A DNA stretch of 64,000 nucleotides, taken from IMG/VR virus record IMGVR_UViG_3300042288_002474; one strand, written 5' to 3'. Position numbers and translations under genes: made by a program. How positions within the stretch are numbered: the first letter of the stretch is position 1; each line of letters opens with the position of its first letter. This DNA comes from an uncultured virus (IMG/VR IMGVR_UViG_3300042288_002474). Lineage: Duplodnaviria > Heunggongvirae > Uroviricota > Caudoviricetes. The notes beneath the pieces were generated by a model. That model was not told where the DNA came from and searched no databases. It saw only the letters and a program-made list of their open reading frames with translations. Shown piece by piece: positions 1 to 9,325 of the stretch.

Positions 1-78
1 GAAACTTTAGACAATACCATTACTGTAAACAGTGAAGAGATTACAGATATAACTTTAACTGACATTAACTATGGCTAA
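1..78 (+). CDS. 3' end of an unidentified CDS running in from the left edge
   Basis: Open frame from base 1 (ETLDNTITVNSEEITDITLTDINYG*) ending at TAA 76-78, followed directly by a terminator hairpin. Confidence 0.45.
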   Translation, partial: ETLDNTITVNSEEITDITLTDINYG

Positions 79-123
79 AAAATATCCCTAACCTTAAATT
101 AAATAAGGTTAGGGATATTTTTA
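78..123. terminator. Bidirectional intrinsic terminator
   Basis: Inverted repeat AAAAATATCCCTAACCTTA...TAAGGTTAGGGATATTTTT between convergent ORFs. Confidence 0.75.
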
Positions 124-134
124 ATTAATTAACT

Positions 135-470
135 TTACCATTTCGCCTCTTCCGCGCTTTGTTTGCGGTTATTTTTCCCCCATTCATCAGGGATGTAGAT
201 TGTATGCTCCGCCAAATACTCTAAATAAAAGAGTATTTCTTGTGCTTTCACACTATTTTCGGGTGTGATTGGGAAGTTATTCGGGATCTTTCTTTCTAGA
301 TTCATCTCATGAAACCTCCTTAATTTTTTAAAGCTAAATGATTTTAATTCCTTAAATCTTTTTAGCTCTAAAACGCGACTGACAGAAAGTTTCTCCCAAT
401 CTTCCCCGTGATTACCGTTAAATAAATCAATCAAAGTTAACGCGATTTCCAAAGCTTTTAAGTCTGTCAT
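135..470 (-). CDS. Hypothetical protein
   Basis: 111-aa ORF with AAGGAAG upstream; last gene of a minus-strand cluster. Confidence 0.65.
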   Translation of the reverse strand: MTDLKALEIALTLIDLFNGNHGEDWEKLSVSRVLELKRFKELKSFSFKKLRRFHEMNLERKIPNNFPITPENSVKAQEILFYLEYLAEHTIYIPDEWGKNNRKQSAEEAKW

Positions 471-553
471 CTTCCTTGAGTCCTTTACTTTTTAACTTTT
501 TTCTAAGCCAGTTTAAAGTCATGCTTAGGACTAGGGTTTTAATTAACTTTGGG

Positions 554-844
554 CTAAGGTTTTGCCGATTGCGATCGCTTGACTTTTTGCGATCTATATT
601 CTCTACCCTCTTCTGTCCATTGTTCCCAACAGACTCTACAGTAGCCCTGGTTTTTAGCAGTATTAATGCTTTTGTTGCAAGCTAAACACCGGGGTTTTAA
701 ATTAGTCCTGGGGACGTAAAAACTCCTGGTTTTAGCCGCATTAAAGGCGAGACCCTCTTCTGTCTTCAGCCAACACCTGCTACAGTGTGGGGATTTACTA
801 CTATCCGATCTTAACTTTTTTCCGCAGGTTATACAGTTATTCAC
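554..844 (-). CDS. Small protein with two tandem Cys4 zinc-finger-like repeats
   Basis: CITC..CSRCW and CLAC..CRVCW. Confidence 0.65.
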   Translation of the reverse strand: MNNCITCGKKLRSDSSKSPHCSRCWLKTEEGLAFNAAKTRSFYVPRTNLKPRCLACNKSINTAKNQGYCRVCWEQWTEEGREYRSQKVKRSQSAKP

Positions 845-910
845 GGGTGTTTTTTATTTTTTAACTAAGCTGGTTTAATGTCATAGCTTAGGACATGATT
901 CTTAATAGTT

Positions 911-2833
911 TTAGGACGAGGCTTTTAATTCCTTAAAAGCCACACTTTCTTTAAAATCTTCCCATGATTCTTCCCATGATTCACAACCTACGGCAGAATC
1001 AATAAATTCTAGCCATTTTAAACTCGCTTCATGGGCGTTATCTTTTTTTATCCCTTCACTTTCGCATAGGCTTAGGAAGGTCTCTTCACTCATTACTCCC
1101 CTTATATAACTTTTAAGATTTTCTTTAGCTTTATTGTCACCAGTTCTAAAGTATCCCCTAACGTCGTCTAATCTGCGACCCTTAAAAACTTTTTCAAGAG
1201 ACTTATCTCTTAAGATAAGTCTCTCCTCCGGCGTGAGTTTTTTAATCAAAACTTCCGCAAAAGTCTTGATTAGTTTTGGTTCTATTCCATTTTCTATGTA
1301 CTTCCTAAGACTATTCAGAGCCATAACCTCAAATTGGGTTAAACCCCGCGCAGTAAAATCCATCTTAACTAAAAGTTTTATAGCCGCTTGGCTTTCTTTA
1401 GTCAGCATATTTTTATTTTCCTCCTTTTCCTCTTCTGTTGCGATCGCGTTATTATCAGTAGGTAAGGGTAGGTTGCTAAACTCACCATTTAGCAACCTAC
1501 CCTCCTTAATTACCTCAACGACATCTATCAATTTGGTAAACTTCCCTCTTCTGTCGGAAAGGGAACTTACGCTAAAATTACAATACTCATTGGTGAGTTC
1601 TGTCAGTTCATAACCCGCATTTTCTGCATATTTCTGTACCTCCTTGAAGGTCAATTCTTTTTTCTCAACTAAGTCCTTAACTTTTGCCATAAGCTTTATG
1701 GCAAAAGTTGAAGCACCCTCTCGGGTTTTAAACCTAATGGTAGGTTGTGTTTTATCCTCATTAAGAGGTTCTCTTAATAATTGCGAGTCCGCGCCCATTA
1801 GCTGCCATCCAAAGATAGGATCATGGATTAGTTTAACCTCGTGGTGTACAGCGGGGTTAACCGCTACCATTTTGGTTAATATTTTAACCTTTGTAACCTT
1901 ACCTACTGTTGCGATCGCGTTATTGTCGGGACTAGGTAAATCACTATCCTCAAGAGTTATTTCTTTTTTCTCAACTAATTCCTCTGTTATAAAAAGTTGT
2001 AAGGTTTTTAAACTAGGGAATGTTTTAATAACGTTATTTTTTATTAGCCTGAACATTCCCCCAAGCGGTTCTATCTCATAACCCGCATTTTCTGCATATT
2101 CCCGCACTTCCTTAAAGGTCAAGGACTTAGTTAAGGGCAAAACTAAATCCTTTGCGTTATTAGCGATCGCATTAGTAGGTAAATCACTATCCTCAAGAGT
2201 TATTTTTTTTTTGCCCTCAACCACCAATTCCTTAACCCGTGCTTTATCTTCCTTACTAATGGTATTTAAAACCAGTAGTGCGCCCTCGTAAACGCCTCTA
2301 ATATCTCTAGAGTCATGGGGATAGCTTACCCATGCCGTTAGTTTACTGTATGCAATCCGCTCTAAATTGCTCCAATTACACCTTACGGGATCTAATTTGA
2401 CAATCGCCTGAATAGCGGTTTTGTTGTCATCTGTTAAGGTAAATTCAACCTCTTCCTTAACTTCCGTAACTTTACCTACTAATGCGATCGCATTAGTTAA
2501 AGGTAAATCACTATCCTCAACAGTTTCCTTAACTTCCTCCTCCTTAACATTAACCTCCTCCTTAACATTAACCTCTTCCTTAACTTCCTCCTCCTTTACA
2601 TACTTCACATACTCGTCAACGGACGAGTATTTACTAAATCCATCGATCAAAACGAACTCGTCGTTATTTTCATTAACTCTTATCTTAACCTTACCCTCTT
2701 GATAGCAGTTGTTTAAGTCACTAGTCCAAAACTCTTTGTAGGTTATAAAGCACTTTGTCCGCGACGTAACGAGGATGACGATCCCTCTACGCTCATTTTT
2801 GTAATAGTTGCCGGTTACGAATGTATTAGCCAT
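911..2833 (-). CDS. Modular repeat-containing protein of unknown function
   Basis: 640 aa; EEV(N)VK repeats, four EDSDLP/NLP..NAIA linkers, duplicated LTFKEVxxYAENAGYE; AGAGGT SD. Confidence 0.8.
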   Translation of the reverse strand: MANTFVTGNYYKNERRGIVILVTSRTKCFITYKEFWTSDLNNCYQEGKVKIRVNENNDEFVLIDGFSKYSSVDEYVKYVKEEEVKEEVNVKEEVNVKEEEVKETVEDSDLPLTNAIALVGKVTEVKEEVEFTLTDDNKTAIQAIVKLDPVRCNWSNLERIAYSKLTAWVSYPHDSRDIRGVYEGALLVLNTISKEDKARVKELVVEGKKKITLEDSDLPTNAIANNAKDLVLPLTKSLTFKEVREYAENAGYEIEPLGGMFRLIKNNVIKTFPSLKTLQLFITEELVEKKEITLEDSDLPSPDNNAIATVGKVTKVKILTKMVAVNPAVHHEVKLIHDPIFGWQLMGADSQLLREPLNEDKTQPTIRFKTREGASTFAIKLMAKVKDLVEKKELTFKEVQKYAENAGYELTELTNEYCNFSVSSLSDRRGKFTKLIDVVEVIKEGRLLNGEFSNLPLPTDNNAIATEEEKEENKNMLTKESQAAIKLLVKMDFTARGLTQFEVMALNSLRKYIENGIEPKLIKTFAEVLIKKLTPEERLILRDKSLEKVFKGRRLDDVRGYFRTGDNKAKENLKSYIRGVMSEETFLSLCESEGIKKDNAHEASLKWLEFIDSAVGCESWEESWEDFKESVAFKELKASS

Positions 2834-2981
2834 TTTCCTTTACCTCTTCCTTTACTTTTTTACTTTTTGTTAACTCTTAATCCTAAGCTTAACTACTTCT
2901 TAGGATTAAGAATGCGATCGCTTAGGCATTAAACCTAAGTCGGGAGTCATAACTCACTCGACCGCAATAACTTATTTAAAG

Positions 2982-3218
2982 TTATAAACTAGCCCAGTAT
3001 TTGACTGTTTTTAAGTAGTTGCACAGCTTCTCAATTCTTACCCAGCAATTGATCCGGGATGGAACTAAAACTGCTGTTTGAAATAAAACCTCTTCTGGTA
3101 ACTTGTTTTTGATATATTGCCTAACTAATTGTGGCGTTATATCTTTGTCGTTTTCCTGATTAAAATCAGGGAATACTTCTTTAACTAGTTCTTTAATTTC
3201 TGCTATTTTATTTTTCAT
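2982..3218 (-). CDS. Hypothetical protein
   Basis: 78-aa ORF with AGAGGTAAGGAAA leader similar to that of neighbouring genes. Confidence 0.7.
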   Translation of the reverse strand: MKNKIAEIKELVKEVFPDFNQENDKDITPQLVRQYIKNKLPEEVLFQTAVLVPSRINCWVRIEKLCNYLKTVKYWASL

Positions 3219-3451
3219 TTTCCTTACCTCTTTTTTAACTTTCTTAACTTTCTTTATAATAGCGCACTCTTAAAAATAACGCTACAGTATTTTAAAATTA
3301 ATTTTATGTATAAGCTAGGACTAAGTAATTTAACTCTTAAATATTTCCTTAGCGATCGCTAATTTAATCCTTAAATATTTTAAATTTAGTGCCGGGACTT
3401 TAATTAATTTATTTAAGGGGGGGTCGCGGGTCAAGAATAATGTATGAATTA

Positions 3452-3493
3452 AAAAAATAAACCTCTTAAAACTTAATTTAAGAGGTTTATTTT
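3452..3493. terminator. Intrinsic terminator hairpin
   Basis: AAAATAAACCTCTTAAA / TTTAAGAGGTTTATTTT inverted repeat downstream of ORF 3511-3780. Confidence 0.7.
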
Positions 3494-3510
3494 AAGAGTA
3501 TTTTAAGGTA

Positions 3511-3780
3511 TTATCTTAACAAGATATCCGACCCTAATATCTCTTCAGCAAAGGGATCGTTTATCCCCAAATCGTGGCCGTAATCGTATCCTTGAAAAAG
3601 ACCTTCGCCATAATGTTCTTGATGGTGTTCCCGAAGGTTATAGTTTGCATAGTCTTCCTCCTTCTTTTTTCTATACTCTATATCACAGTGGTTTAGGTAA
3701 GGTCTGGAGATAGGGATCTCTTTTTCGTTGTCAGTTACTAGTACGAAATTGTCTCCAGATATGGTCTGTACGGTCTTCAT
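3511..3780 (-). CDS. Hypothetical protein
   Basis: 89-aa ORF with its own promoter (3826-3854) and terminator. Confidence 0.7.
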   Translation of the reverse strand: MKTVQTISGDNFVLVTDNEKEIPISRPYLNHCDIEYRKKKEEDYANYNLREHHQEHYGEGLFQGYDYGHDLGINDPFAEEILGSDILLR

Positions 3781-3825
3781 TTTCCTATGTCCTCTTTTCT
3801 TTACTTTTTAACTTTCAATATAACT

Positions 3826-3854
3826 AATATAACTTACTCTCTACCGTCGTGCAA
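3826..3854 (-). promoter_or_regulatory. Sigma70-like promoter carrying the phage ACGGTA motif
   Basis: TTGCAC-17 nt (GACGGTAG...)-TATATT. Confidence 0.6.
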
Positions 3855-3970
3855 CAGTATTTTAAATTAATTTTATGTTATATTTTATACATGAGTTAAA
3901 AATATTCTGCGATCGCTAATTTAATTTAGCGTCGAAACTTGTCTGCACTATGCACTAATTTAATTTAAGG

Positions 3971-3998
3971 CTTATCTCTTATCTCTTATCTCTTATCT
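3971..3998. repeat. Heptamer tandem repeat (CTTATCT)x4
   Basis: Read directly from sequence; abuts a HIP1 site at 4000. Confidence 0.9.
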
Positions 3999-4250
3999 TG
4001 CGATCGCTAGATTAATCCTTAAATTAAATTTAGTGCCGGGACTTTAATTAATTTATTTAAGGGGGGGTCGAGATTAAGGCGGGGGTAAGGCGAGAGTGGG
4101 CGGGTACTCTAGACACACTTCATCTACGAAAAAAATCCAAAAAAAATATCCCAGACTATTCTTCATCTGGGATAATACTTTGTGTCGCCTATGCAATTTT
4201 TAAATCTATAATTTAACTTATATATAAATTATAGCACAGTCTTAAAGGAA

Positions 4251-5765
4251 ATGGGAAGCAAAAGAAAAGATTTTTTAAGTGGCGCACCAACAACTTTATT
4301 AAAGTCCAAGGTTAACGAAAAAGCTAAGAATAATGCGGTAACTTTTACCCTTCCAGATCCACAGCCTGGAAAGCAAACAAGCTTTGTAAATACGCGCGCT
4401 GATGTGTGCATATATGGAGGAGCCGGCGGAGGCGGGAAGTCGTGGGCATTGTTAAGGAAGTCTTTAATTAATATTGATAACCCTAATTATGGTGCGGTAA
4501 TCTTCCGCCGGACTTCGCCTGAAATAACAACAGAGGGTGGTTTATGGGATGAGTCTAAGAAATTATTTGGCTTAGTCCCTGGTGCAATTCCAAGAGAGGG
4601 TAAATTAGATTGGAAATTTCCCAGCGGCGCAGCTATTAGCTTTGGTCACGCTCAACATGAAAAAGACGTAGAGAATAAATTCCCCGGAGCGCAAATAGCC
4701 TATATTGGCTTTGATGAGTTAAATAAATTTACCGAAAAACAATTTTGGTTCTTATTTTCAAGAAATAGAAGTACGTGCGGAGTTAAGCCAAGGATTGATG
4801 CAACCTGTAACCCTGACGCAGATTCGTGGGTAGCTAAATTAATTGATTGGTATATTAACCCTACGACGGGATACCCTATCGAAGAAAGGTCAGGCGTTTT
4901 AAGATACTTTTACCGCTTAAATAACGTTATTCACTGGGGAGATTCCGCAGAAGAATTAATGCTTAAATTCCCGGACTTAGCTAAAATTGCGCCGCCAAAA
5001 TCCTTAACTTTTATTAGTGCAACCTTAGACGACAATAAGATTCTCTTAAGCCAAAACCCTGATTACAAAGCTAATTTACTTTCATTACTTAATGTTGACA
5101 TGGAGCGGTTACTTAAAGGTAATTGGAAGATTAAATGGTCGGCAGGATTAGTCTTTAACCGTTCGTGGTTTGAGATAATAGATCAAGAACAGTTAAGCAG
5201 CATGGATTTAACTTCTGCCCAATTTTTAAGGTTTTGGGATTTGGCCAGTACAGCTAAAGAAGTTGCCTCTTCATCCTCATGCTTTAGTGCATCCCAGAAA
5301 TGGATGAAAGTTAAAAATAAATTTACGGGAGAGTATGAATATTACATCTTAGATGTTTACTGGGAACAGTTAGGAGCAGAAGAGGGCGATAACCAAATCG
5401 TAACGATGGCCGTGGCGGATGGTAAAAAAGTTAAGCAACGGTGGGAGTTAGAGGGCGGTTCAGCGTCAAGGAGACATGAACAAAGCTTAATTAGGACAAT
5501 CAAAAAAGCTTTGCCTGAGTGTAATTGTAAGGGAGTCCAACCTCTTGGCGATAAATTAACCCGGGCTAAACCCTGGGCTATGGATGCTAGGAGCGGGAAG
5601 ATAAAAATACTAAGAGCTTGGTGGAATGATGACTTTTTATCTTACGTGGATGCTTTTGACGGCAGTAGAAAAACCCCGCCCACAAATGATGTTGTAGACG
5701 GGGGAAGTGGCGCACATTCTTGTTTATCCCAGAATTTAGTATTTGGGGGAAGTTTAGGGAGTTAA
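4251..5765 (+). CDS. terL: Terminase large subunit
   Basis: Walker A YGGAGGGGKS, Walker B IGFDE, motif III ATCNP, nuclease FWDLA and NDVVD. Confidence 0.92.
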   Translation: MGSKRKDFLSGAPTTLLKSKVNEKAKNNAVTFTLPDPQPGKQTSFVNTRADVCIYGGAGGGGKSWALLRKSLINIDNPNYGAVIFRRTSPEITTEGGLWDESKKLFGLVPGAIPREGKLDWKFPSGAAISFGHAQHEKDVENKFPGAQIAYIGFDELNKFTEKQFWFLFSRNRSTCGVKPRIDATCNPDADSWVAKLIDWYINPTTGYPIEERSGVLRYFYRLNNVIHWGDSAEELMLKFPDLAKIAPPKSLTFISATLDDNKILLSQNPDYKANLLSLLNVDMERLLKGNWKIKWSAGLVFNRSWFEIIDQEQLSSMDLTSAQFLRFWDLASTAKEVASSSSCFSASQKWMKVKNKFTGEYEYYILDVYWEQLGAEEGDNQIVTMAVADGKKVKQRWELEGGSASRRHEQSLIRTIKKALPECNCKGVQPLGDKLTRAKPWAMDARSGKIKILRAWWNDDFLSYVDAFDGSRKTPPTNDVVDGGSGAHSCLSQNLVFGGSLGS

Positions 5766-6191
5766 TAATTCCTCAACATCACTAACTAAAATAGCCCCAT
5801 ACCCCGCTAACTCAGCAGGGGTTATCAATATTTGCGCTTGGTAATTGGGATCTAATTGAGTTCTTTGAAGTAAGGCTATGATGGCATCAAAACTTGGTTG
5901 GCTTAGTTTGCCACCACGTTTTAAAGTGGTCAGATTTCCAATAATCCAATCAGGTCTATTCTGATTAATTGCGTCTAATATCCTTAAATAGAGTGGACTT
6001 TCAGCTAGTGCCAAAACTTCCGCATCTGTGACTACTGCTGAAACTTCTTCTAAAGTTGTCTCTACAGATACTTGACCTATTGGCACTGGATTATCTACTA
6101 ATACTTTATCGTTGAGGTATGAAGTTAATTCCCTGGGAGATAGTTCAGGGAATTGTTCAATTTGAGAAAGCAGCCATTGTTGTTTTGTCAT
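5754..6191 (-). CDS. Hypothetical protein
   Basis: 145-aa ORF, last of a three-gene minus-strand unit. Confidence 0.7.
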   Translation of the reverse strand: MTKQQWLLSQIEQFPELSPRELTSYLNDKVLVDNPVPIGQVSVETTLEEVSAVVTDAEVLALAESPLYLRILDAINQNRPDWIIGNLTTLKRGGKLSQPSFDAIIALLQRTQLDPNYQAQILITPAELAGYGAILVSDVEELLTP

Positions 6192-6219
6192 AATAGTTGC
6201 AAAATCTTTATGATTTTCC

Positions 6220-6738
6220 TTATGCTGTTTGTTTATAAGGTTTAGGTGTTGCTCCTGTGTTTAGTTGATTTCCCCAAACTAAAATGTCTGCGGTTTCATC
6301 GTTGCCAACTATCTGGTCAAAGAGCAAAATCTGAACGTCCGGGACTAATGTAGCTGCCTTTGTAACGCTAAATCTTTGCCAATCTTGGGTTACTACACAG
6401 TTGACTCCCACATCGTCAATCCTAATACCAACATTAGCCACACCCGCACTGTTATTTTTCATATAAACTGAATAAGTGTAGGTATTAGAGGGGTGCACAC
6501 TAGGTTGCCTTACCCTACTAAATGTGCCGCCAGTTTTATTAAGCTGAACCCTATCAGCAGTCATTGTCCCGTCTGGGGCAGATGCAAAGTTAGCTGTGAT
6601 AACAGGATTACTTGCCCCCCCATTGTCCAGCGTCCAAGGAGACTGGTTGACCTCTTCACTCCTAACTAATAAATTCTCAAGTAAAAGATCTGTAGTGTTC
6701 AATTTACCTAACACCACCATTCTAGTAGAAGTTCTCAT
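6220..6738 (-). CDS. Putative virion fibre/spike protein with a carbohydrate-binding-like beta domain
   Basis: NLLVRSEE..W, TYTYSVY, WQRFSVT, WGNQL..GATPKPY pattern typical of phage head/tail fibre domains. Confidence 0.6.
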   Translation of the reverse strand: MRTSTRMVVLGKLNTTDLLLENLLVRSEEVNQSPWTLDNGGASNPVITANFASAPDGTMTADRVQLNKTGGTFSRVRQPSVHPSNTYTYSVYMKNNSAGVANVGIRIDDVGVNCVVTQDWQRFSVTKAATLVPDVQILLFDQIVGNDETADILVWGNQLNTGATPKPYKQTA

Positions 6739-7451
6739 GGTGCAAAACTCCTAGCGCGTATAGTCCCTGTTTCTGAGTTAGCAGCCGGGGCAATTGCACC
6801 GTTAGTAACCAGATATCCCCACAAACTTGAACTTGCTAATATAAACAATTGATTTAAGTCTCTAACAACGCCAACAACTCTATTACCCCCTTTAGCTAAA
6901 CTCATAGGTACATTGAAACCTACAGGGTCTAGAACAGGGTCAGAACCAATTGTCCAGATACTATTATCTGCAATATTTGTAGGTGCTGTAGGGTATAAGT
7001 GTACCGCAAAAGAAGTCATACCTGCTGGCACGGCAGATAGATTAAGAGATATTTCAAAATAGGAAAGAAAAATCCCTTTACCTGCTTCGCCTATATTTTG
7101 AAGTTGGAACAGACCGCCATAAACATCAAAATTCGGTGCAGAAGCAGTATAAGTTGTGGTGTTAGCAGCGCGAGTAATTGTGACTGAGGATTCATAAGCT
7201 GACTTTGGAGGGATGCGATCGCCTATCAGTTTCCAAATCGCAGACAACCAACCTAAGTTACCCACACCACCGGTAGGTATAGTAGCATCTGTTATTTTAG
7301 TGCCAAAGTTAACCGTGGTAGAGCCTCCGCCACCGCTACTAGGATTTAAGAGTGCTGCTACTTCGGCATTAGCCACAGCTTGCGTTAATTCAGATTGCCC
7401 ATATTCGCCATTTTCATATCTAGGCAGGTCGCCTTTATTTATCGTAGGCAT
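6735..7451 (-). CDS. Putative virion structural protein
   Basis: Gly/Ala/Thr-rich, SVTITRAANTTTY motif; ATGA overlap with the next gene. Confidence 0.5.
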   Translation of the reverse strand: MPTINKGDLPRYENGEYGQSELTQAVANAEVAALLNPSSGGGGSTTVNFGTKITDATIPTGGVGNLGWLSAIWKLIGDRIPPKSAYESSVTITRAANTTTYTASAPNFDVYGGLFQLQNIGEAGKGIFLSYFEISLNLSAVPAGMTSFAVHLYPTAPTNIADNSIWTIGSDPVLDPVGFNVPMSLAKGGNRVVGVVRDLNQLFILASSSLWGYLVTNGAIAPAANSETGTIRARSFAP

Positions 7452-7552
7452 ACTTAAAAGCGTGTGTTAAAATATACTATATTTACATTTTACGATGCTT
7501 TTAAGTTTTATGCAAAAAAAATTATGGAGTTAAATAATTGCAGTAATTAATT

Positions 7553-7852
7553 TAAAAACTTCTTGCATTAATCCCGTATTTGGAGAGGGTTTTGAAACCT
7601 ACATCAAAATCTTTTACCCTCTCCCAAAAATCCGCACTTCTATCTTCTTCGTGGCAGTTCACATAGACCCCACCCTAATGTACATCCTAAGTCGGTGATA
7701 TGCTCTACGTCTCCATCTTTATTTAGCTTTAAGTAAACATCTATAATTGCACCATCCGGTAAAGTAAATGGTGTTTTTAACTTTATGTACCCATAGCCAT
7801 TTTCTTTAACAGTAAATAAATTGTTAAATTCTTCCTCTAGCTTAAAAATTAA
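7553..7852 (-). pseudogene. DUF1828-like gene remnant (no start codon, frameshift at GGGG near 7668-7671)
   Basis: Manual translation gives KTPFTLPDGAIIDVY...ITDLGCTLGW, continuing in a shifted frame as VYVNCHEEDRSADFWERV. Confidence 0.4.
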
Positions 7853-8151
7853 CGCTTTTTTACCTTAACTTTAATTACCTCATCTGCTACAGATGTGTAT
7901 TCTGACCTAATTACTAGTTCATGATTTTCATGCAAAAGCATAAATTCATAAATATCTACAGGAAGTGATTTAGACCTAAAACTTTCGCGCACATCACCAA
8001 TATCAAACAACCCTAAATCTAATACTTTAGTTAGGGCGTTTTTATTTTCCTCCCACTTACTCAAGAAATTTTTAATACTTTCTTGAGCGTGATTAACTTC
8101 TTCTGTTTCTAAATTACAGGTTTTGCAAGCGAGTCTAAATTCATGAGACAT
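7849..8151 (-). CDS. Hypothetical protein, possibly zinc-binding
   Basis: CKTC near the N-terminus, HENH near the C-terminus. Confidence 0.65.
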   Translation of the reverse strand: MSHEFRLACKTCNLETEEVNHAQESIKNFLSKWEENKNALTKVLDLGLFDIGDVRESFRSKSLPVDIYEFMLLHENHELVIRSEYTSVADEVIKVKVKKR

Positions 8152-8175
8152 TTTAAATTACCTTTACTTTAACCT

Positions 8176-8469
8176 TTAACTTTCTAGAAAACTTAAATTG
8201 CCTGACTTCCAGTCTTCAGGATCGATAGACTTAATTTGTTTATACAACTCTTCAAGCTGTGCGACGCTATAAAGCTTGTCTACCCCTGCATTCACGCCCT
8301 GGATTTTGTTATTTTGGAGGAATTTAATAAGCTTATATGTGTTCAGACCTTCCCACCCGTAATTGGGGTTTCGCTCCACTAATTCTGGGAAGTTAGCCTC
8401 TGTAAAGAAATACTCATACATTTCCTCAAACTTAATATGGGTTCTGCATTTCGGTAAATTAATTAACAT
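8176..8469 (-). CDS. Hypothetical protein
   Basis: 97-aa ORF in a tight operon, AGGAGG SD. Confidence 0.65.
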   Translation of the reverse strand: MLINLPKCRTHIKFEEMYEYFFTEANFPELVERNPNYGWEGLNTYKLIKFLQNNKIQGVNAGVDKLYSVAQLEELYKQIKSIDPEDWKSGNLSFLES

Positions 8470-8472
8470 TTT

Positions 8473-8895
8473 TTATCCTCCTAAACTAATTAAATAAAAC
8501 TTAAAAAACTCTCTCCAAGAACTAACTCTCTCGCCAACGGGAAGAAAATCTTTACCTTGTTTTGTCCACAGTAAAAATTTATAGACTACTTTTTTGAGCT
8601 TTAAGTTACACCTATCTAAAAAAACAATAAATGCGTAAAATAACCAAAGTAATGGATAAACATCTGTCCTTACGCATAAATCACTATCCCAAAAACCCGG
8701 CACACGATAATAAGAAAAATCCATAGCCAGTGGCTTAAATTTAACGCCATCACTTACACAAACGGAATCAAATATTGAAGGTTTTGGCAAAATAAATATT
8801 TGCGGGCTGTCCTTAGTTATTTCGTAACGATGTTCTATATAAATCCCAGGATTTACTTCAGGAGTTATTTTCCCCACAAATTTTAGTATTAGCAT
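8473..8895 (-). CDS. Hypothetical protein, possibly with one membrane helix
   Basis: 140 aa; hydrophobic YPLLWLFYAFIVFL. Confidence 0.6.
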   Translation of the reverse strand: MLILKFVGKITPEVNPGIYIEHRYEITKDSPQIFILPKPSIFDSVCVSDGVKFKPLAMDFSYYRVPGFWDSDLCVRTDVYPLLWLFYAFIVFLDRCNLKLKKVVYKFLLWTKQGKDFLPVGERVSSWREFFKFYLISLGG

Positions 8896-9007
8896 TTTAC
8901 TTTCTCACTTACGACTATTTTTAAATTAGGATATTGACTTACGACTTCTAGCCTATCATCTAAGCTAATTACTAAATTCTCATCTTCCTCATCTTTCCCT
9001 AGTATTT

Positions 9008-9238
9008 TTAGTTATTAGCATAACTTTTAAAAACTCCTTGTAAAACTTCCCAACCGTCTCCCGTTATATTAGTAATCTCCAATTTATCTTTAACATCAAC
9101 TAAAGAAAATTCCTTAATTAATTGGCTAAAAAATATCCTAAAGAAACTAAAATGAAAAACTCTAACTCCCACGAAACTTAATTCTACAATTTCCCCAGGG
9201 TGATCATAAAAAATGCCCGTCGCCGTGACATATAGCAT
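9008..9238 (-). CDS. Hypothetical protein
   Basis: 76-aa ORF downstream of promoter 9297-9325. Confidence 0.55.
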   Translation of the reverse strand: MLYVTATGIFYDHPGEIVELSFVGVRVFHFSFFRIFFSQLIKEFSLVDVKDKLEITNITGDGWEVLQGVFKSYANN

Positions 9239-9296
9239 ACTCGCCAGTTATCCCAAAGATTTTAAGTTGCATTTTTTTTAACTTTAACTTAATCCT

Positions 9297-9325
9297 ACTA
9301 TATACTTTTTATATACCGCCGTCAA
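9297..9325 (-). promoter_or_regulatory. Conserved phage promoter
   Basis: TTGACG-GCGGTATA..(17 nt)-TATAGT. Confidence 0.7.

Larger units (their letters stand above)
3380..4070. repeat. 47-bp exact direct repeat (3380-3426 and 4024-4070) within two larger related non-coding cassettes
   Basis: TTAAATTTAGTGCCGGGACTTTAATTAATTTATTTAAGGGGGGGTCG occurs twice, each copy preceded by HIP1. Confidence 0.9.

Noticed and set aside
1134..2702. Plus-strand ORFs 1134-1613, 1644-2081 and 2421-2702
   Set aside because: Antisense shadows of the 640-aa gene with Ser/Leu/Thr-biased composition
3340..4075. Possible CRISPR array
   Set aside because: Only two copies of the 47-mer, about 640 bp apart with a gene between them; no regular repeat-spacer pattern and no cas genes seen
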